In this document: positions 29,401 through 43,000 of the stretch, piece after piece
How positions within the stretch are numbered: the stretch's first letter is position 1
Layout: each line of letters starts with the position of its first letter
DNA from: Yuukianura sp. NJ FZ-2021
Lineage: Eukaryota
Assembly (NCBI GenBank): GCA_046563655.1
Contig: CM102286.1
Coordinates: 5,456,001-5,520,000, forward strand
Length of the DNA: 64,000 nucleotides
Reading direction: 5' to 3'
Position numbers and translations under genes: made by a program
The notes under the pieces: model-generated
Databases searched by the model: none
Told to the model about the DNA's origin: nothing
Seen by the model: the letters and a program-made list of their open reading frames with translations, nothing else

Positions 29401-32400
29401 GTGGTCTACTCTACTTCGCCATTACACTTTTCATGAAAATTTCGGTTCTTTTAGTAAACTCCTTTTGAATACGGCATTATCTAAAGTAGAAAACCATTGT
29501 GTTTTGTGTACTGCGCCTTATGAATTTGGTTGAGCTGCAAAAGACATATACGCCCTACCATTGATTTGTTGCCTAAGGGAAGTTTTGTGTAGCTGGTAAT
29601 TCCCGGGAGATTTTGGCCCATACTACTAAACAACGTAGGCGTATCCCGCAACAGCTCCTGGCGTAACGAGATATGAGCTTCCTAAAACTTATTCTTAACG
29701 TGCTCAGTGAATGTAAGTAAAGTGAAAGCACCTTTGTCAACGGCGGAGATCATTTGTCCCCCTGGATACTTTCAGCATCATTTAACATTGATCCTTAAAA
29801 ATGTAAGTGGTTTTAGCAGTTTGTTTTACTTTTTTGAAACATGCGTCCTCCCCTCTACAACTTTGATAGAGTAGGTCATTTCAACTAGTTTACGAAAGTT
29901 GTTAAGAGTCTCTCAACATTTAGTCGCGTGGTGGTTTTTTTTATAAGTCTTTTGGGTTTAGTAGAGCGGAACTGACGTTCTTGTCATTTTAGTATTCTAA
30001 AAAAACGGAGGGCAGAATAGTTTGATTTTCATTTCTGTCAACATCAGAGTTTCGAGTTTTAGGAAATCAAAAACAGTCAGTCTAAATTTGATTGTTCAAA
30101 AGTCTAGAAAAGTTGTGCACAAAAATTCAGGAGTTTTAGAAAAAGGTAGAGTACTGGTTGTATTACGTTGCCAGTTGTATGCAATTGAATTAACTTGAGA
30201 AGTTTTATGCTCTGCTGGATGTGACAACTATTTTGAAAATCTCAACTCGAAAACGTGTGGAGTTTTTCTTTCGTTTTTTGTAAATAAACTCCTCGCTGTT
30301 TTAAAGTTTTGCTCAATTTTAAATCAAACCGACACTTTTTCTTTAACTGTGATCAATATTTTTGTTCTACTTATACAAAACTCGATTCGAAAGTTAGTTG
30401 TTAGTGTCCTACTCTCGCTACTTTTGCTCGCACCCTTCTGCAAATTGTACTCACACTGGCGTGTTCGCACGACTCGGTTAACGTTAAGCAGTTTTACTGC
30501 GTGACCTTTTCAAGTGTCCCTCTTACATACAAATAATCCTGTCGTGCTGGAAACGGTCCGGGAAGCATTTTAAAATCAATACGCTGGACAGGACAGATGA
30601 GATTTTTCGACGTGACAGAAAAGATTTCTATGGAAGCACGTTTCAACTCTGGGTAAAAAATGTTGACGGGTTTAAACTTGTCGGGCGTAGAAAAATGTGA
30701 AACAAAAAACGACGCGTAACTCTACTGTCAGCATTTGCACAGCTATGTACGCCATACGAAATCTAGACTGAAGCATGTATCACACTGAAAGTCTCCTATT
30801 TTTCAAAAAGATAGAGTACCTTTTGCACCTTATCTTAGAGACTGCCTCACTACACTTAAATTCTAAAAACAGGTAGAAGTCAATAGTACAAACATTGGCG
30901 CACAAGCGTTTGACGAACTAACTGTTTCGTATTAAGTTAATGCAGGTATGCAGAGAATGTTTTGGATGTTCGTGTGTAGTACAAGCCTTTCCGGTAGTCG
31001 CTTTTCATCTTAACGCGAAGATTCAAAATTCAAGGAAGCCGAAGACAAAATCGAAATAAGCGCGAACATCTCCTTTACAACGCTAGATACTGTGTTCTAG
31101 TACCAACAACCAGAGGTAAATGAAAATTTAAAAATTCAGTAAACAATCTTATCAAGGTATCATGTTCAGGTAACTTTAAAGTTGAGTCAATCTGTGAACG
31201 TAACACTTCCATTGTTGTATTACGCAACATTTCTTCATCACGTATATGGTCCTAAGATGTCATGGCTCTTACTTTCAAAAGCTAGAATTTTCAACAACAT
31301 TGGGTTGAAGGCGCTATATAGTGAAACTTATGGGATTCAAGGAACCTCCGGAGTTGAATCTACGTAAACCATAAAATTTTAACAGCTCTCCTCAAAACAT
31401 TTTACTTTTTTTTTTGAAAATGCAAAAAGTGTGTACTAGTTTCGTCGCCAGAATGAGGATAAAACAGACGAATCACGACGGATTTCCCGTAAACTATGAA
31501 AACTAGTTTGCGACAATGGTTCAACGCGTAAACATGCAAATATTGGTGCAATACGGAATTCCAGCAAAGCTAATGTTTTTATGATGATTCATTGTTTAAT
31601 AGGCTAAGCTTAAGGGTTGGATCGCTTTAATACTTTGAAACATGAAAACAAGTTGAGGCATAAGACCGAGACCGAGGAAGCATCCAACCTCAAACATCAA
31701 ACTTCCGTTTGCTTTCACTTGAACTCAAATGCTTGAATGTTCGTACACTTTAAAGAAAGACTGCTGTGATGTTCTTTTGCTAGTATTGTAATGTTCAATT
31801 AAATGAGTTTCAAACTTGAACCTTCCGAAATGAAAGTGTCATGTATTTTCGTAATCCTCTGGCCACACTTTCTAAATTTTCCTCCCTTTCTCCCCGTTGG
31901 TTACGTTTGCCACTTCCGCTGTGAGCGAAATTGAATCAAAAACGCCCAGACGACGTCTAAACTGGAGCTTAGATCACTGGGATGAAAATTTATGTGAAAG
32001 TTACATTTTGAATTCGAAATAGGCGTCCACTAAGATGATTATTCGGTTAAACTTTTTATGACAGCCACTCTCTCTGCTTCGTTGCCTTTTAAATGAAGGA
32101 ATAAGTGAGTTTTAAAGCTTTAGAAACGCCTCCAGCTCAAGTTTTGGCAATTTTTAATACATTTTCAAAATAAAAATTGCAAAAATTCTTTAAAACTTTT
32201 AAAATTTAATTATTTCATCCGCGCATTTCCTTTTTCCCAAATAAAAGAAATGGTTTAAACCGAAGTCCAATTTGCGTTGAAAAAAATTGAAGTAATTTTT
32301 GAAAATTTGGTTCTCCTGTGCATGTCAAAAAAGCATGAAAGAAGTTAATATAAAAGACCAAGACAGCACAAAAGACTGGATTTAAAAAATAAAACTTGAG

Positions 32401-35400
32401 TTTTGGATTTCCTTATTAATTTGCATCTCATTTGACGAAGAAACAATTCTATAATCTTGTTTAGAAATTTCCGTAACATTTTCCTCTGAAGTTTGCCAAA
32501 CCTTGCCATCAAATGGCGTTTTAAGTAATTTTACGCTGATTAAGAATGAACCGTTACCGTTTATACTTTAATTGACCACTTTTTTTGGCAGAATCGAAAA
32601 AACACGAGGTAGTACCCAACCTGTTAACGAAAAACAAACAAAACAACAACTTTTCTAGGAACCTTGATGGCAACGGCTGCATCCGTTGTGCCCACGGGGT
32701 GTAGCCATGCTCTATTGCTCTTTAGTTAATTAAAGTATCAGCGGAGAGTGAGTAATGTGTAGCCATAACCCGTCCAATAGACACCTCCTGTTAAGATAAT
32801 GTCGTCTATCTTATTCATGTTAAACAAACGCTATGTGGAAGGCAGACATCAGGTTACTTCCGTGTCCCGTAGCCGCATAATATTGATATCTCCAGATTCG
32901 AATGTTTCCAACTGAATTTAGTGAAATGATACGGGATCAAGCCGCCCCGAGGGTAACTTCCAATGTCTCCATTGTAATAGTAGGCCAACCACCATTACTG
33001 CCAACGGGTCAAAAAATGTTCCAGTTACAAGTTGTGCCACTTCTTCGAAGGTTCCAGTTGCTGGAGCAAAGCGGGTGGTTTTGTTGAATCCAACCGCAAC
33101 GTGAGAATCGCAATAGAAAATTTCATCTTCTTTGTTCAAAAAATCGCTATATAAAAGAACTTCCGTTTTGTGTTTTGTTTTTGTTGTCGGTTTCGTGTGT
33201 TTTAGACAAGAGTCGCCGTATTGTAGGATTCCTTAGTAGTCATACAGCGTCCTTTAATTAAGGTTGACAACATAGTACGTGTCCCTTTCGTTGTTCTCCA
33301 GAAGCTACAGCGAGTTTGCATTAGTTACTCCATCCGTATTCTCAGTACCAGTAACGAGATTTGCGGTAAGGAAGTACTACTTGAGAAAGTACATAGGATT
33401 CGATAGTGCCCGTACACGTCTCGCGGGAAAACACAGAATTGGTTTTGGCTGAGACTTGGTTTTGAAACTTTCTCCCTAATTTGAATAATTTCCACGAAAT
33501 GGATGGAAGAGCGACTTCGGTTTTCGGATTTCTTGAAAAGCCGGGTTGGATTCTTACAATTAGTCAATCCGTGCAGTATTTATTACGCATGACTAACAAA
33601 ACAAATGTAATGTGTTGATTGGCATGAAAAACATTACTAAAAACAGGAAATATTGCGTGGTACTTTCTTGGACTTTTCAATTAACTCATCAAACTTCAAG
33701 AAAGGAGAAAGCACAACCTCTTTTAAGCGCAAACAAATAGATTTATTTGAAAATTTTATGGCTTGGGGTGTCACGTCGATTTGTCACTTTCCTTGAATTT
33801 CCATCGCATGTCACCTAACTGTCTCATTGTTTCCGTATGCTAATAGACAAAGTACATTTCGTTAGACCTTTTAAGTGAAAATGGAAAATGGAAATGAATT
33901 TTGACAGAAAAGAGCCAATGGAAAGTGAGTGGGTTAAAAGCTTTTTCTGTGCTTGCGGTTTGATTAATTTAGTTTTGGCTTGAGTTTAAGCAATGAAGCT
34001 GACATGAATTTGTGATGCGTTGATGAAGATCCTTTGTGTCCTGAGTGCTTTCATAGTAAAAGCGCGGAAAGTCATTCAAAATTACGTCCATATTTGAATT
34101 TGGTGGTGACAGGTACTTGTGTGCTCTGGCTGTCTCTGATCTCCTCTTCCTACTGTTCACATTCACGATGTCACTGACACATTATCCGGACCTGACAGCC
34201 ACTTCATGGCTGTACTGGTCATACAAGCGATTCGGGCTCTGGCTCACCGACGCCTCAAGTAAGAACAATTCAATTTATGCTTATTTCAAAAAATTAGAAT
34301 AAAAAAATAATCAGTTCGGATTTAATTGAAATTGGGTAGGCTCGTGCCTAAACATAAATCCATTTTTTAATCAAAACCGTAAAGTCTCAAACCACTTCCA
34401 GTTACCACACTTTCTCCATTTCAATTTAAATTTATAAAATATAATCCCTCAAAACTAAACTCAAGACTCAGAAGATTTCAGATGTCAACCGCAAGTGGAA
34501 ACGACATGAATCCAATCAATTCTATACTAAACCCACAATTTAATTAATACGATTATCGATAGTTGAATCATTCCGGAGTCACGCCGGTGAATTTTAGCTA
34601 AAACCGCAAGCAGCAAAAGAACAATGAAAACCACAACGACCTCACATGAAAGGTCACATTGGCGTGACACGAAAGCAGCGTAGGGTGCAATTCTTGTTAG
34701 TGGAGGCTATTGTTTGTTAAGAAAATGGAGCAATATCGAGATATGGACAGAGTTCATGGGACATTACATGGAGAAAGCATGCTTTCTCCACTCTAATGTC
34801 CAATAAGATTTTCCATTTCTTTTATTTCAGTGCTGCGTTTTCTTGGTTTGCAGGTTCCACTAGCGTCTGGTTGACGGTTTCCTTTACAGTGGAAAGATAC
34901 ATTGCAGTGTGCCATCCTATGCGTGGAAAAGTAAGTGCACACATAGTCGAACTTTCCCCATTCATTAATACTTTAAGGACCATCGAATCTGGGGCACTAA
35001 ACTTAACAAGATCTCCACAATTGGCAATTGGGGAGTTGAGGCTGTGTTACACAGCCACAAGTTGGAAAACAAAGTAGTACTTCGTGTTAAGGGTTACACA
35101 CTTTCATTAAATAAAGCCACTCCAGAAGCATCTCAATCGATTTCGCGTCATTGTAGGGGTGGAGGAACAAGTTCCACTTCATTCATTAAAAAAAAACGAA
35201 TTCGATCAATACGGCTACAATAATCTGCAATGATTTTCGATGGAGAAATAGTTTCAATTAGAAAAAAAACTTAAAAAGTTAACTACAAATTGAAATTGCA
35301 ATAACATTATTGTATAAAATACAGATGCGTTTGAATTCGAAATTTAGAAAGTGATGTCCACCAAAAACGTAAATGCGGAAAAAAACTGCGTATTCGTGGA

Positions 35401-37159
35401 ATGTTACTAAAGTTTCCATATTAACGTCATTTCTGTTCGAGGGAGCAAGGGCAAAAAAGTGTGAGAACCAAAACGAATGCTTTGATGCTGTAAATGATTT
35501 TGAAATGCGGCGCGGTGAAAGTCCAATGGCGTTTAATTAAAAGTTTGTGTCCTTTGATTTTCCTCCGTCATTCCAGATCCTGTGTACCGAAGAGCGAGCA
35601 ATCAAAGTAGCCATAATTGTTTTCGTCTTGTGCTTCATGGCCACCTCTCCAACTCCTTTCGAATGGATGATTGTCATTGTCAATGAAACTTCAACTTATG
35701 AAAACGAAACAGTTAAGTGATGCGGAACTTATAATTGACAACATCATGACTAAAATCAGAAATCTTTTGTTTTCGTAGTTATACGACCTCAGCCCCAGTG
35801 AATTCGGGAGTAACGCTACTTACGTCTCCGTTTACTACTGGTTCACTTCCCTCATGTTTACACTTTTGCCAATTATTCTCCTGACAGTATTCAACACATT
35901 TCTCATTCTGGCTGTGCGTCACTCCAGAATTATGCGAAAAGTCATGACGAATCTTGACAACTCATCTGCGCGGCATCTACAGGTTTGTGTTCCAATTGTC
36001 AGAATTGTCCAAAACTATAAAGGAAATGAACATAGATAAGTTTCCATCTAAACAATGAAACCATATCTGAACGTTGCATCTTCTGTCCTAGGCCATGCGA
36101 CAAGAAAATCGAATTACCGTCACGCTCATAGTGGTCGTAATTGTCTTCCTCGTCTGCCAACTTCCCACGGCCACTTTCCTTATCTATTCGATCTTTCATC
36201 CAGCGATGAGTGAGCGAGACGGAGCTCTGCACCGTGGTCTCGGAGGCATCTTCAATTTGTTAATGACCGTAAATGCAGCCATTAACTTCCTACTCTACAC
36301 AGCCCTTAGTGATAAGTACCGCAAGTACTTTTGCGAATTTCTGTTCTTCTGGAGGAGACGTCCCGGGAGAGGTGGGCGTCGAGGGCTGTACGATTCTCCG
36401 TATGAAATGGATACGATAAACACGACAGTAAGGTTAGTTGATGTGGTCGAGATGACCTGTTGCTGTGGTCGTGTGTCATAGTCTGATTGTGATGCAAGAC
36501 GTGATCGCCTACCGACACGAGCGTACTGTCCAGAATGATTCCTCCACGGTGATCCTTTCCTCTGAAATGTTAATGTTCCATATAGATCTATAGAATAAAT
36601 AAAATTGCACGTATTACATGAGAATGTGTACGGGAACATTACGTTCCCTGAAAAAAAGTGATGAAGATACGTGTCTCGTACCAGTACGCACCTCATTTGC
36701 CATCTTTGAAGTCCGTTGACGAAAGCAATTCCAGTAAAGCTCGTATTTTGAAAAAAAAAAAAGAAAGTAGAAGCCAGAATAAAAATAACCCTGCAACGAA
36801 CAAAATAAAACAAAATAAAAATAAAATGTTGAATTGAATATAAAAGTAAAGCCTCAAGGGCATACGGCGGTATGGGAAATTTTCAACTAATTATTTCAAA
36901 ACTTACCTAATGCTTTTCGGCTTGTTGTTTCAGTAGTCTGAGCCGTGGCACATCGCTGCGAACCACAATCCGTCACGACGTGTCGCCCTCTCCGAGATCT
37001 ACCCCAAGTCCGTATGGCCTCAGGAGGACGCAAACAACATGCGGAAGCACCGGTAACAAACAGAGACCTGAACTTAGCAGCGTCAAAATCGTTGGCGGAA
37101 ACAACTCTTTACACATCAAAGATTCACATATTCCCTTGATTCAAGTGGACCAAGTCTAG
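23481..37159 (+). CDS. Class A neuropeptide GPCR, proctolin receptor-like (FMRFamide/sex-peptide receptor clade), 7 coding exons
   Basis: Exons 23481-23683, 34113-34258, 34854-34930, 35577-35711, 35779-35982, 36092-36432 and 36934-37159 join in phase. They give RFWVQRVLVPIVVLFGVLGN (TM1), RRPMRSSTNVYLCALAVSD (TM2), TSVWLTVSFTVERYIAVCHP (TM3, ERY), FLVCQLP (TM6), NAAINFLLY (TM7) and a Ser/Thr-rich tail ending QVDQV*. The subfamily assignment rests on recalled similarity to insect proctolin receptors. Confidence 0.92.
27440..27811. mobile_element. GC-richer LTR-like insertion flanked by an 11 bp direct duplication
   Basis: TGCTTCGGTAC at 27429-27439 and 27812-27822. The interior has tandem CCAATCA...GTCAGACTCCGAGTCCA units (27534-27561, 27566-27593), a TATA-like CATATATCC, and a polypurine run GGAGAAGGGGGGGAG (~27724-27738). 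Confidence 0.55.
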
Positions 37160-37974
37160 CTTCCTTAAGCTATCACTTGTTTGAATTTGTTCCACGTTAT
37201 ACACGATTTTAAATTTTAGTAGCAGCTATTAGCGCACAATTCGTTACCGGCAAACAGGGTAGCCATGTATTACCTACCGAAATCTACTAACTCAACCTAC
37301 GTAATCTCGTCGTAAACTAAAGATAAAAGAGGCCCGGAGTCAAAGTTTTCGTCGATCTCCTTGGTTTTAGCGTTATCGCATGCATAAGACATTTTAAATG
37401 TTAAGTGTTGTACTATGTAATACCAACCTAATTAATTACTAATACCTTGTAATGTATCAGCAACATTAATATACCTACAACCTACATATTATGTAGTATT
37501 AATGTTAATCTTAATCTCTGCTCTCTTATTGTAATGTTATATGTACCTTACCTAGTAAATGTGCGTAGCTTCGCTATTTCGATTGTGAAAAGGCTAACTT
37601 TCAAACTTTCTGCAAGGTTGTTAAATGTTAATAACCTTTTGACGTCATATCCCTATCATCAGCTTATTTCTAGGACACGGTGCTCAGATTCATTTTAAAA
37701 ATTGTGCTATCACTGTATGAATAAAACTGGAACCGGCACTCGAAAAAGAAAAAAAACATTCAGACAAGGCGTTTGGTTCCGTCATCGTAAATTTGCTAAT
37801 CCTGATGTCGTGTTTCAATGTAAAAATTGCTTTTTATTTATCCTAACAGTTGATGTATAATCAATGTATGTAACTTACAAACAAAGACCCTCACAGGGGG
37901 GCCAGGGATTAACGAAACGGCTGGAGAGATTTCCTGAATGTAATCATTTTCCTCGAGTTCACCATTAGTTTGAA

Positions 37975-39053
37975 CTATTTCTTTTTGTGGACGTTTGTCT
38001 GTGGAGGTGCTGGAGTCGAATAAGCTTTATGTGAGATTCGGTTGATGTAGTACAGAGAAATCGACGAGAAAATGAAACTACAAGATAAAAAAAGCGTTTA
38101 GTGGTTACTCATAGGTGCTGGAGTTCAATATTTTTAAATAAGTTGCTGCACTGCTTACCAAGTTGTTAAACAAACTCCATGGATTTTTCCAGAAGCAAAC
38201 AGAGCTAGTAGGAGGCATCCGACAACTGAAATAAAATTAAATCATCCAGTATGTAACCATTCTGATCGACGAAGGACGAAGCATCCTAGAGTAATAACGA
38301 TTAAAAGTTTTGCGCATTATTTGCTGCATGCGTATACACCGCACCTTCAGGGAATAGGCCTGTCTGGTAATTCCGTCCGAACAGCACAAGTTCCAAATTT
38401 CCAACAGCCTGCCGTGTGATAATAAAAAAGATTCACTTTACGTAAAATAAACCTCATTTGAAATATTCAAATTACATGATTTAATTTTTACCGTTAGTAG
38501 AAATATAAAAAGAAGGGCACCAAGAGCACCTCCAAGAACTGTGAGTGGTCCAGATGAGGCCAGATGATGTTTGTATAGTTGCATTCCAGAAAATACACCT
38601 CCAGCTAATACCATTGCTACTAAAGACGACATTGGGTTCGACAGTGCTGCAAGAAAAAAAAACGAATATAACAGAATTGTAAAAAAAAAAAGTTAAAAAA
38701 TCAGGTGCATTTTAAAAGCCCAATTTATACTTTTTCCGTTTTTCCTTCTACTGTAATGGAACCCACTAAATTCCATTTCTTCGTCGCAATCATTTCTTTC
38801 AGGTTGACAATGTCAACTTGACATTCTCGCAGTACCCCTGGGGTACTCTGCACCTTTCCCTAATCCCTATGTGACCATGTCACATTAAATTAGTATACGA
38901 CCCATTCCAATACGTTGCCAATTGTCACTGATTGTCTGTCAGTCAATACAAATTGTGGAATTCGAATATTGGTGGCGCCGCGCATGCAATAGCACTATGC
39001 ATCGACGTAGACGTCTATGAGCTTAAAAATCAAATAACGTATAACTTACCCAT
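37975..39053 (-). CDS. KRTCAP2: Keratinocyte-associated protein 2 (KCP2), oligosaccharyltransferase accessory subunit, 5 coding exons
   Basis: Exons 39053-39050 (ATG G|gtaagt), 38646-38492, 38408-38345, 38225-38159 and 38077-37975 give MALSNPMSSLVAMVLAGGVFSGMQLYKHHLASSGPLTVLGGALGALLFIFLLTAVGNLELVLFGRNYQTGLFPEVVGCLLLALFASGKIHGVCLTTCFIFSSISLYYINRISHKAY...HKKK*. FSGMQ, LTAVGNLE, LFPE and HxVCxTTC are family motifs; the C-terminal lysines fit an ER-retrieval signal. Confidence 0.93.
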
Positions 39054-39400
39054 TTTAATTAAATTTTCGACGTTCGCCTACCGATCTATCAGTGACCAGT
39101 CTGATAAACTAACAAACTAAACAAGCAGTTTGCCGGTTCTTTGATGTTGACAGTGTAAACTGTAAATGTTTTTTTTTACGATTCGGTTATGCGAATCCTC
39201 CGACTGCTCGGACACCACCGCACTGTACTGACGTGGAGGGATACCCTAATCGTCGGAGTTTCTCGAGTTTACTTGCGAATCCTCTGACAGATCTGAATCC
39301 TCCGACTGTAAAAACAACAACAACGTTCATGTGACCTTACCTGCATTGAAAATTGGACGAAAGCGAAATATAAGAAATATTTTGGTATTTGGTTGATTAG
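39054..39400. promoter_or_regulatory. Probable bidirectional promoter between KRTCAP2 (-) and the Patched-domain gene (+)
   Basis: Head-to-head arrangement. Repeated motif GAATCCTCCGACTG at 39193-39206 and 39295-39308, a variant at 39277-39290, and a partial inverted copy at ~39252-39262. Confidence 0.5.
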
Positions 39401-40056
39401 GTTAGTAATTAATTACTCCCTTACCCGGCCCGTAAGGAACTAAATTCATGAAAGACTTGAGAGATACCATGAAACCAGACAGGAGAATCAGCAAGGACAA
39501 TTCACAATCGGGTAAATAGCATTCAAATAAACAAGCAAAAACTGAATTTGAGCTCAATTCATTTCATTTAGCAACTTGAATTGAAGCACGTAAAAAACTT
39601 GCACGGAAGGACCAAGGCCAATCCGTTTTCATTTTCAACGACGATCCGATTACTCGTTCCGCTGAGGCGCCGCAGTAATTCTTGATGACTACGCTCGCCA
39701 CAAAACAGTTCAAATAACTTGCCATCAACATGAAATTATTGTCTTTTGGGCATATCGAAGACAATGATGATGAATCATGCTCATGCACTATGGACGTCGA
39801 CGTCAGCAATATAGACGGAGAGTGAGGTACCAATGTGGAATAATATGTATTTTTTTTGTCGTATTTTCCCATCTCTTTCCTCACGGTTATTGATACTTGT
39901 TTTAATGTTTGTGTAGAAATTTCCGGCAGATGCAATCTCAATCTCAAACCCTTGATGGAATTGTTAGGTCGCCTTCGCAATAAACACTGTAACCGTGTTC
40001 TTTCCTGATGATCTCCGAATCAATTTCGCTATACGGCAAACGGTAGAGTAACAAAG

Positions 40057-43000
40057 ATGCCATCACTTGTGATAGGAAATACAAGTGTGACTCGTCCCGG
40101 TTCCGGTGGTCACAACAATTGTGTGCAAAAGATAAGCTTGACAATCACTGGATCTCTGGAAAGATTCTTTTACTTGTAAGTCTAATAACACCACGTTATT
40201 TCTACGTTTGAATACCCGTGAAGTAGTTAGTTAGCTGAAAAGATTCATGCCTGTACTTAAGTAACATTGATTACTTCTTTTACAGTTGGGGGTATCAGAT
40301 TGGTTTGCATCCGTGGAGATTCATCCTCGCTTGCACTATAGTCCCTATTGTGTGTGGAGTTGGTCTATTTCGGTTCAAGTACGAGGCACGTCCAGATAAG
40401 TTGTGGATTCCAAAAAATTCAGAATTTCTCCGTGACAGCAATTGGCTTAAAGACAATTTTCCTTCACCTGTACGGTTCCACCATGCTATTGTCACGGCCG
40501 ATGATGTTTTACAACCGGACTTCTTAGCACTGGTAGGATACACAATGTCGGTTATGGCAATCTTGATTGATTCGTCCGACGGATTTCTTCCTAATTTTAT
40601 TATTTTTTTAATTTAGCTTGCCAGAATACATATTGCAGTGCGTCATGCGAAAACACCGGCTAATGTTACATTCGACAAAGTTTGCTTTCGGTAAAAAATC
40701 ACAGTTATAAAAACGTTGGCTAGGTCGTGTCATTTACTTGCTAACCGCAAGTATGATTATTATTTTCATAGTTTACCAGTGACCAAATTTTCGTTAAAGA
40801 ATGAACGGAGGAAGAGATGGATCGATGATGAGGATGACTTCGATTTCGATGACCCATTTTTCCAGGATAATACGACTGAGGTGCCCCAAAATCCTACCAA
40901 AAATAAGGGTCCGCCGGATCCCAGTATTGACTTCCCGCTCACCCTGTACTGCGACTTTATCAATGTATTAGACGATGCATGCTGGGAAACAAACCCGGCG
41001 GAGCTGTGGAACTTTGACCCGGCTGTTATCAGTAACCTTACGAAAGAAGATATTCTTCGTGTTGTAAACGGTCGCCCAATTAGGTAAGAATAACTATGAA
41101 TTTTTAGTACTGTATTCCTTTCTTTTGCTTTAATATATGCTTTAATATAATTAATTTGCTGAATAATTTCCCTCAGTCCTGTGTTTGGGCGTCCAATCAA
41201 CTACACTACGGAACTTGGCGGGATTGTCAAGAACAAGACTGGCCACATCGTCTCGGCCAATTCAGTTCTAATTCGTTGGTTTGGCAAAATCAATTACACC
41301 GATCTAACGGCTGAGATTGATCAAGGAACAGGAGAAACTGTTGACAAAGATAATTTAAACTGGGAAAAAGAGTTTATCAAAACTTTAACGCATTATCCCT
41401 TGCCAAATGGAACGCGACTATATTTTCGTTCTGCAAGAAGGTAAGTTGAACTTGTTTTGTTAAGTATGGTAACCTTTCATTAATTGACTTTCTTATGTTT
41501 TATTGCCAGTTTTGGAGACATTAGTAATTCAACAATTTGGAGTGACGCGAACATGCTCGCTATCGGATTCACTATCGTCTTTGTCTACGTTATTCTCATG
41601 CTTGGAAAGTGTAACTTCGTCGAACAAAGGGTATGTGAGGTCATAAACAAAATAAACAAAATAACCTAAAAATTAACGTGTATTCCCTATTCAGCCATTT
41701 CTGTCCCTGGCGGGACTCATATGCATTGGATTCGCTATTCCGGTTACTTATGGAATTTGTTCAGCTATAGGACTATCATATGGCCCAGTTCACAACATTT
41801 TGCCATTCTTGCTTCTCGGGATTGGAATTGATGTGAGTCGTGTTCGCCATCATCATTCGGTTTGTTTTTGACACCTCTCCTATACATCGAGCTTTTGTTA
41901 TTGCAGGACATGTTTGTTATTATGGAATCATGGAACAACCTGCCAGATTCAGTGAGAAAACGGCCTCTGCCAGAAAGAATTGGTCTAGCACTTAAGCATG
42001 CTGGAGTTTCCGTCACCATTACGTCGATAACGGATTTTGTGGCATTTGTTATCGGCTCCACGACGGTGCGTTAAAAATACGTCACATACTTTACAATCGT
42101 TGAATCTTTGTACTATATATGAGATCTTTGTTGATTAGGTACTTCCAGGGTTACAATCTTTTTGCATCTATGCAGCTCTCGGGATAGTGGCCACCTACAT
42201 ATTTCAAGCTACATTTTTCACGGCATGGTTATCGTTCGATGTGAGAAGGATTGAAAGCAAGCGCAACGCACTGGTACCTTGTTACAAACATGCTGAAGAT
42301 TACACACCAAATTCCTGTAGTCAGCAAAGTATTGCCAAAACGATTTTAGGGGGAATATATTCGGATATTTTACTATCCAAACCGATAAAGGTATTGATTT
42401 CATGATCAGTTCTCTCCAATCACCATCTCACCTGCATAAAACACTCGAATTTAACCTTTTTGAAATTTTATAATTTTTAAAGGTATTTGTACTTGGCATT
42501 ACTGCCGTTACTGCTGGGTTTGCCATTTATGGAAATACCCAACTTCGACAAGAATTTGATCCGATGTGGTAAGGACACTAATAACTTTATGCTGTTTCTA
42601 ATAAAATTATCTAATTAAGTTCAACTTAATGATTACTCTGTATGTTAAATGGCTTCAGGTTTCTGCCGCAAGATTCCCACATGTTTCAGTATTGGAGAGC
42701 ACGAGACAAGTATTTTCCTGGAATGGGATACGAAGGTATGGTTATTTTTGGAAACGTTTCGCTAACGTCAAGGTTGACGGAATTGGAGCATCTCATAAAC
42801 ACGTTAGAGTCTGCTGGACCGGTTTACGATGTTGATGCTTGGTATCCTCTTTTCAAGGAATATGGAAATACGTATTTTAATTTGGGTATGCTTAACATTA
42901 CCAATTTTGTCACGTCAGATTCAGATTCTCTGACAAGTTTTGATTGACATTCTATGATCTTTGATGAAAAGCTACGTTTAATTGGGAATATTTATCATTT

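Noticed and set aside
36295..36813. 172 aa minus-strand ORF, and similar antisense ORFs at 39564-39980, 40766-41200 and 60570-60959
   Set aside because: Antisense shadows of real exons, with no independent coding signal.
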